Source: Macrostomum hystrix | Taxonomy: Eukaryota > Animalia > Platyhelminthes | Assembly (NCBI GenBank): GCA_950097015.1 | Contig: CATNEN010000025.1 | Span: 3,534,001-3,598,000 of the forward strand | Direction: 5' to 3' | DNA: 64,000 nucleotides | Part shown: positions 57,895 through 64,000 of the stretch, one piece after another | How positions within the stretch are numbered: position 1 is the stretch's first letter | How the letters are laid out: each line of letters opens with the position of its first letter | Translations under genes and position numbers: made by a program | The notes under the pieces: generated by a model | The model's database searches: none | What the model saw: only the letters and a program-made list of their open reading frames with translations | What the model was told of the DNA's origin: nothing

Positions 57895-58179
57895 AAATCC
57901 TGGCTAGATTTTCTTTCTAATTTGAATTTATTTTTTGTCAATATTTTATTTTTAGAAAGTCTGCTTTACATTTAGCGTACTACTTTGAGTACATGCTCTC
58001 GTTAAACAACAAGGATTAAAACAAGTTTTAGAATTTAAAATTTATATCATATTGTCATCCACTTAACTGCGACATTTTTCAGCCTGTTTATTTAAGGGGC
58101 TGTCAAACTTTATTATATAAAAAGCGAAATACACGTAGTTAAAAATTAATAAAATGCAAGTAACTATTGTTGAAGAAGT

Positions 58180-59970
58180 AAGAGTGTGCGTGTGTGGGTG
58201 TGAGTAAGATAAGAGTGAATGTGAGTGTGAAGAAAAATGAGTGTGAGTTAGTGTGAGTGTGAGTGAGTGCGAGTTAATGTGAGTGCGAGTTAATGTGAGT
58301 GTGAGTGAGTTGTGAGTGAGTGTGAGTGTGAGTGACTTGTGAGTGTGAGTGCGAGTGTGAGTGAGTGCGAGTTAATGTGAGTGAGTGAGTTGTGAGTGAG
58401 TGCGAGTTAATGTGGGAGTGAGTGAGTTGTGAGTGAGTGCGAGTTAATGTGGGAGTGAGTGAGTTGTGAGTGAGTGCGAGTTAATGTGGGAGTGAGTGAG
58501 TTGTGAGTGAGTGTGAGTGTGAGTGAGTGTGAGTTAATGTGAGTGAGTGAGTTGTGAGTGAGTGCGAGTTAATGTGAGTGAGTGAGTTGTGAGTGAGTGC
58601 GAGTTAATGTGGGAGTGAGTGAGTTGTGAGTGAGTGTGAGTGTGAGTGAGTGCGAGTTAATGTGAGTGTGAGTGAGTTGTGAGTGACTGTGAGTGTGAGT
58701 GAGTGCGAGTTAATGTGAGTGTGAGTGAGTTGTGAGTGAGTGTGAGTGTGAGTGAGTGCGAGTTAATGTGGGAGTGAGTGAGTTGTGAGTGAGTGTGAGT
58801 GTGAGTGAGTGCGAGTTAATGTGAGTGTGAGTGAGTTGTGAGTGAGTGTGAGTGTGAGTGAGTGCGAGTTAATGTGGGAGTGAGTGAGTTGTGAGTGAGT
58901 GTGAGTGTGAGTGAGTGCGAGTTAATGTGGGAGTGAGTGAGTTGTGAGTGAGTGTGAGTGTGAGTGAGTGCGAGTTAATGTGAGTGTGAGTGAGTTGTGA
59001 GTGAGTGTGAGTGTGAGTGACTTGTGAGTGTGAGTGCGAGTGTGTGAGTGAGTGTGAGTTAATGTCATTGTGAGTGAGTGTGAGTGTGAGTGAGTTGTGA
59101 GTGTGAGTGCGAGTGTGAGTGAGTGTGAGTTAATGTCATTGTGAGTGAGTGTGAGTGTGAGTGTGAGTGTGAGTGTGAGTGGGAGCGAGAGTGTGACAGT
59201 GAGGGTAAGTGTGAGTGTGAGTGTGAGTGGGAGCGAGAGTGTGACAGTGAGAGTAAGTGTAAGTGTGAGTGTGAGTTAATGTGAGTGTGAGTGTGAGTGT
59301 GAGTGTGAGTGTGAGTGTGAGTGCGAGTGGGAGTGTGAGTGTGAGTGTGAGTGGGAGCGAGAGTGTGACAGTGAGGGTAAGTGTGAGTGTGAGTGTGAGT
59401 GGGAGCCAGAGTGTGACAGTGAGAGTAAGTGTAAGTGTGAGTGTGAGTTAATGTGAGTGTGAGTGTGAGTGTGAGTGTGAGTGTGAGTGGGAGTGTGAGT
59501 AAGGGTGAGTTATTGCGATTGTGAGTGTGAGCGAGAGTGTGACAGTGAGAGTAAGTGTGAGTGTGAGTGTGAGTTGGAGCGAGAGTGTGACAGTGAGAGT
59601 AAGTGTGAGTGTGAGTGTGAGTTGGAGCGAGAGTGTGACAGTGAGAGTAGTGTGAGTGTGAGTGTGAGTGGGAGCGAGAGTGTGACAGTGAGAGTAAGTG
59701 TGAGTGTGAGTGTGAGTGGGAGCGAGAGTGTGACAGTGAGAGTAAGTGTAAGTGTGAGTGTAAGTGTGAGTGTAAGTGTGAGTGTAAGTGTGAGTGTAAG
59801 TGTAAGTGTGAGTGTAAGTGTGAGTGTAAGTGTGAGTGTAAGTGTAAGTGTGAGTGTGAGTGTAAGTGTGAGTGTAAGTGTGAGTGTAAGTGTGAGTGTG
59901 AGTGTAAGTGTGAGTGTGAGTGTAAGTGTGAGTGTAAGTGTAAGTGTGAGTGTAAGTGTGAGAGTGAGTG
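58180..59970. repeat. (GTGAGT)n-based complex satellite
   Basis: Visible tandem units. Confidence 0.95.
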
Positions 59971-60682
59971 TTATACAGATAGTGAAAACTGAATGCTGAG
60001 TGGAAGGTCACATAGATCTCACTGATCTGAGTGAGTCATGCTTTCATGATGCAAGCGAAAAAGCCCCACCATGTTGACCCAAAGATACAACAGTGGACGA
60101 TTGAAAACTGATATTATTTATCAACTTCTAATTCCGTCCCAAAATTCCTTCTGGTCTTCTTAATTTTTTTCGTTCTTCTTCTTGGATCGGTTAATTTCTC
60201 GGGCAATTATGCAGAACAAAAAGCAGCTACAAAACTGCATGTTTCGGATCAGGTTTTGGGGGCATGGCCTTAGGCGGGCCACCCCAGAGGCTAACGATGA
60301 AGCAGCAGCAGCAGCAGCAGCAGAGAACCTTGGCTAGCTTCCAGAAAGTGGCTATAAATTGTTTGCTGCTTGAAATGTGAAGCAGAGCAGCCAAAATTTA
60401 GTTTTAGGGCTTCGATCAGGCAAGGTTAGGCATAGATTTGAACACCCTAGGCAAACTAGTGGTTTAGGGGATGGCTATCTGGCCCCCCTTGGCCTTTGCC
60501 ACTCAAGAATTTTCAGAGTGACATTGTGTACTTTGTATTTTTTAGACTCTGTTATTAATATGATAATAATAATTGACACTAGACCCAAGGGCCAGTGCAG
60601 GTGTTGTGTGTCAGGCACACTAGCAGGTGGGGACTGCACACCTATTGTACTGCCCGGCTCTCTCGGACACCGGTTGACAGCC

Positions 60683-60957
60683 GCGTGTCAGAAATAGAAT
60701 TTATTTTTCCAAACATATCGGCAGCATCCAAACCCCACTGAATTGCCGCACAGAACTGCTTTATTCCACGCCAGCCGGAATTACGAATATTATTACCCGA
60801 CGAAATGCCGGTACTCATTTGCAGCTGAGTAGGCTGTGTGCACATCAGGGCAAAGCAGCTTGCCAAAGGCTGCACGAATAGTTCTAGACTAGGTCGGGAG
60901 TCGAACCCAGGACCATCTGATCCAGAGTCCGACACCTTACTGACTGAGCTATCCGTC
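60683..60957 (-). mobile_element. tRNA-derived SINE, family 3 (CORE-like)
   Basis: The reverse strand reads tagctcagtcagt (A box), gggttcgactccc (B box), a ctactcagctgcaaatgagtacc core and a distinct 3' part ending aaaataaattctattt. Confidence 0.75.
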
Positions 60958-61569
60958 CTTATCTGTCTTATCCCCTCAAAACAAAAGAAAGGGGAGAGAC
61001 TCTATTGCAGGGAAACAATCACGCTATGATAGCTCATGATACTATATTTGAGCACAGATAATTTATGAGGACACTATTTAAGCACAGAAAATGGATAGAA
61101 ATTAAATTTGAACGCAGATTAACCTGTAAGAACACTTTCTTATTAGTCAGAATTTTTCAGAACAAGGATGAACTTTGTAGTATAGAAACAATCTATACAA
61201 ACGTCAACTATATTGTTATCGCATTTAAATATATTTTCCCATTGCCCTCACTCAGCTCATGCAGTGCCCCCTAGTCTTACGTCACAGGCTCCCTAGCTAC
61301 TTGCACAACGCTACACCCCAATGAGTGTTCGCGCACCAAGTGTCAATTTTCAAATGTCAAATAGCCGGATGTTGTCAACCGAAACAGGTAGTGAGAGTTT
61401 TGTCAGTAAATCGATACCAAATTACTAACAATATATATTTGATTGCATTCATCCGACAGTCGAAAACTATAAGCAACCGATTTTATTTTGGTAAGGAGAC
61501 AAATGCTTGTAAACGTATTTTGTAATTTGGTAAAGGAATAATATTATAGTGGGTAAAACAGACGGAGTG

Positions 61570-62970
61570 AAGGTTGAGAGACAGAGAGGGTGAGAGACGG
61601 AGAGGGTGAGAGACAGAGAGGGTGAGAGACGGAGAGCGTGAGAGACAGAGAGGGTGAGAGACAGAGAGGGTGAGAGAATGAGAGGGTGAGAGACGGTGAG
61701 GGTGAGAGACAGAGAGGGTGAGAGACAGAGAGGGTGAGAGACAGAGAGGGTGAGAGAATGAGAGGGTGAGAGAATGAGAGGGTGAGAGACGGAGAGGGTG
61801 AGAGACAGAGAGGGTGAGAGACAGAGAGGGTGAGAGAATGAGAGGGTGAGAGAATGAGAGGGTGAGAGAATGAGAGGGTGAGAGAATGAGAGGGTGAGAG
61901 ACGGAGAGCGTGAGAGACAGAGAGGGTGAGAGACAGAGAGGGTGAGAGACAGAGAGGGTGAGAGACGGAGAGCGTGAGAGACAGAGAGGGTGAGAGACAG
62001 AGAGGGTGAGAGAATGAGAGGGTGAGAGACGGTGAGGGTGAGAGACAGAGAGGGTGAGAGACAGAGAGGGTGAGAGACGGAGAGGGTGAGAGACAGAGAG
62101 GGTGAGAGAATGAGAGGGTGAGAGAATGAGAGGGTGAGAGACGGAGAGGGTGAGAGACAGAGAGGGTGAGAGACAGAGAGGGTGAGAGAATGAGAGGGTG
62201 AGAGAATGAGAGGGTGAGAGAATGAGAGGGTGAGAGAATGAGAGGGTGAGAGAATGAGAGGGTGAGAGAATGAGAGGGTGAGAGAATGAGAGGGTGAGAG
62301 AATGAGAGGGTGAGAAAATGAGATGCTGAGAGTATGAGAGGCTGAGAGAATGAGAGGGTGAGAGAATGAGAGGGTGAGAGAATGAGAGGGTGAGAGAATG
62401 AGAGGGTGAGAGAATGAGAGGGTGAGAAAATGAGATGCTGAGAGTATGAGAGGCTGAGAGAATGAGAGGGTGAGAGAATGAGATGCTGAGAGAATGAGAG
62501 GGTGAGAGAATGACAGGGTGAGAGAATGAGAGGGTGAAAGAATGAGAGGGTGAGAGAATGAGATGCTGAGAGAATGAGAGGGTGAGAGAATGACAGGGTG
62601 AGAGAATGAGATGCTGAGAGAATGAGAGGGTGAGATGCTGAGAGTATGAGAGGGTGAGAGAATGAGAGGGTGAGATGCTGAGAGTATGAGAGGGTGAGAG
62701 AATGAGATGCTGAGAGAATGAGAGGGTGAGATGCTGAGAGTATGAGAGGGTGAGAGAATGAGAGGGTGAGAGAATGAGAGGGTGAGAGAGAGTATGAGAG
62801 GGTGCGAGATTGAGAGGGTGAGATGCTGAGAGTATGAGAGGGTGAGAGAATGAGATGCTGAGAGAATGAGAGGGTGAGATGCTGAGAGTATGAGAGGGTG
62901 AGAGAATGAGAGGGTGAGAGAATGAGAGGGTGAGAGAGAGTATGAGAGGGTGCGAGATTGAGAGGGGGCA
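61570..62970. repeat. 14-nt purine-rich minisatellite (GAGAATGAGAGGGT)n
   Basis: Visible tandem units. Confidence 0.95.
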
Positions 62971-63114
62971 GATTTCTAACACGCAATTATCTATCTTCGT
63001 TGCGCAAGATAGATGCCCTGGTAAGTTGCATTTTATGTCTATTTGGTGTCAGTTTGGTGGGAAAGGGTTTAATAGGTATAAAAGGTAGGTCCTTTGTCAA
63101 CCAACCCCATTATT

Positions 63115-63689
63115 GACAGCCAATAGGAAGCGTCCACAGGAAAGCCACCCCAGAAACTTGTCTAGCTGTATCTCCCGCTCTCTCTGTTTTCCTCCCAACC
63201 TCCTATTTCTTTCCCTGCGCCGGTATAAAGCCCCGGTCCTTGGTCGGCGCCAGTTTTCTCTCTCCTGCTCTCTCATTTCTGTTCTTTCAGTTCTTCCAAT
63301 TGCTAAAGGTTTTTTCTTCCGTCTGTCCGAAAAAAAGACAGATAGAGCTAAATAGAATTCTTAGTTTCACCAAGGCGAGGAGGAACCAATCTAAGCGAAG
63401 GTAATACAGTCCTAGAATTTTCACAATCGAAGGGTCGGCACGCGCTTTTCTTCTGAATAAAAAATAGTTTATAGAAGGTTTATAGTCGCGAGCTCTGTTA
63501 CGCAACTTAGAGAGAAGAGAAGAGAGAGAGCAGCGTGCGAGAGTCACAGTCACAGAGGACACCCCCAAAACATAGCCAGCAGAACAGACCATTTATTCGA
63601 CGCGCATTTTGGTCGAGAATTAGTCTTGATAGTTTAGACTAGAGATTCAGCCATATTTTCAGCATTCTGATCTATCACAATGAGCTCCG
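63115..63689 (+). promoter_or_regulatory. Putative promoter, 5' UTR and first coding micro-exon (ATG AGC TCC G|gtgagt, 63680-63689) of a gene extending beyond the window
   Basis: CCAAT (~63120), TATAAA (~63224) and a pyrimidine-rich leader lead to an ATG followed by a consensus donor. A minisatellite begins in the following intron. Confidence 0.4.
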
Positions 63690-63919
63690 GTGAGTTGAAA
63701 TTTGTCTTTTGTTATTTAAATTTTCGAACTCCATCAACTTTGGTACGCAGATATTACATTATTTATATGATATAGGACTTCACCTTAACTCATAATTAGT
63801 TGGATATGCTTTGTTGGGTATGCCATGCAACGCTCCCTAAACTCTCTTTCAATACCCTCAGTGCAGTTTTAAAATTCCCTTCAAAGCGAATCTTCACTCA
63901 CTTAAAGTAAATCCTGAAT

Positions 63920-64000
63920 CCCTTGAGAGCAGATCCTCAATCCCTTGAGAGCAGATCCTCAATCCCTTGAGAGCAGATCCTCAATCCCTTGAGAGCAGAT
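63920..64000. repeat. 22-nt minisatellite running off the window end
   Basis: (GAGAGCAGATCCTCAATCCCTT)n. Confidence 0.85.

Noticed and set aside
52233-62986. Long ORFs at 52233-53978, 56852-57529, 59448-60011 and 61483-62986
   Set aside because: All are read-through of simple repeats (13-nt, 9-nt, GTGAGT and 14-nt units).

Overview
Intron-rich animal genomic DNA with GC-rich exons, introns largely made of minisatellites, and a TTAGGG repeat. The style resembles the free-living flatworm Macrostomum, but that is inference only. I assembled gene models by hand from splice sites and codon phase. (1) A giant + strand Roco-family gene, 5' end probably outside the window, with 31 visible exons (114-27515, ~3,400 aa). 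Its domain order is degenerate ROC-COR, a MYCBP2-like Cys-rich module, SPRY, LRRs, intact ROC-COR, TIR-TIR, a conserved C-terminal domain and a CaaX box. (2) A single-coding-exon ACK1/TNK2 C-terminus-like gene with no kinase exons in view (33172-34128). (3) A Not-like homeobox gene (41029-44238) whose first intron holds a frameshifted IS630/Tc1 transposon, itself carrying a CA..TG element with an 8-bp TSD. (4) A complete 10-exon aromatic L-amino-acid decarboxylase gene on the - strand (45980-51665). (5) A divergent two-exon Tob gene (56132-57894). (6) A probable promoter and first coding exon of a further gene at the right edge. The window also has at least three tRNA-derived SINE families and more than 25 tandem repeat arrays. 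Most long ORFs in the supplied track are artefacts of these arrays.
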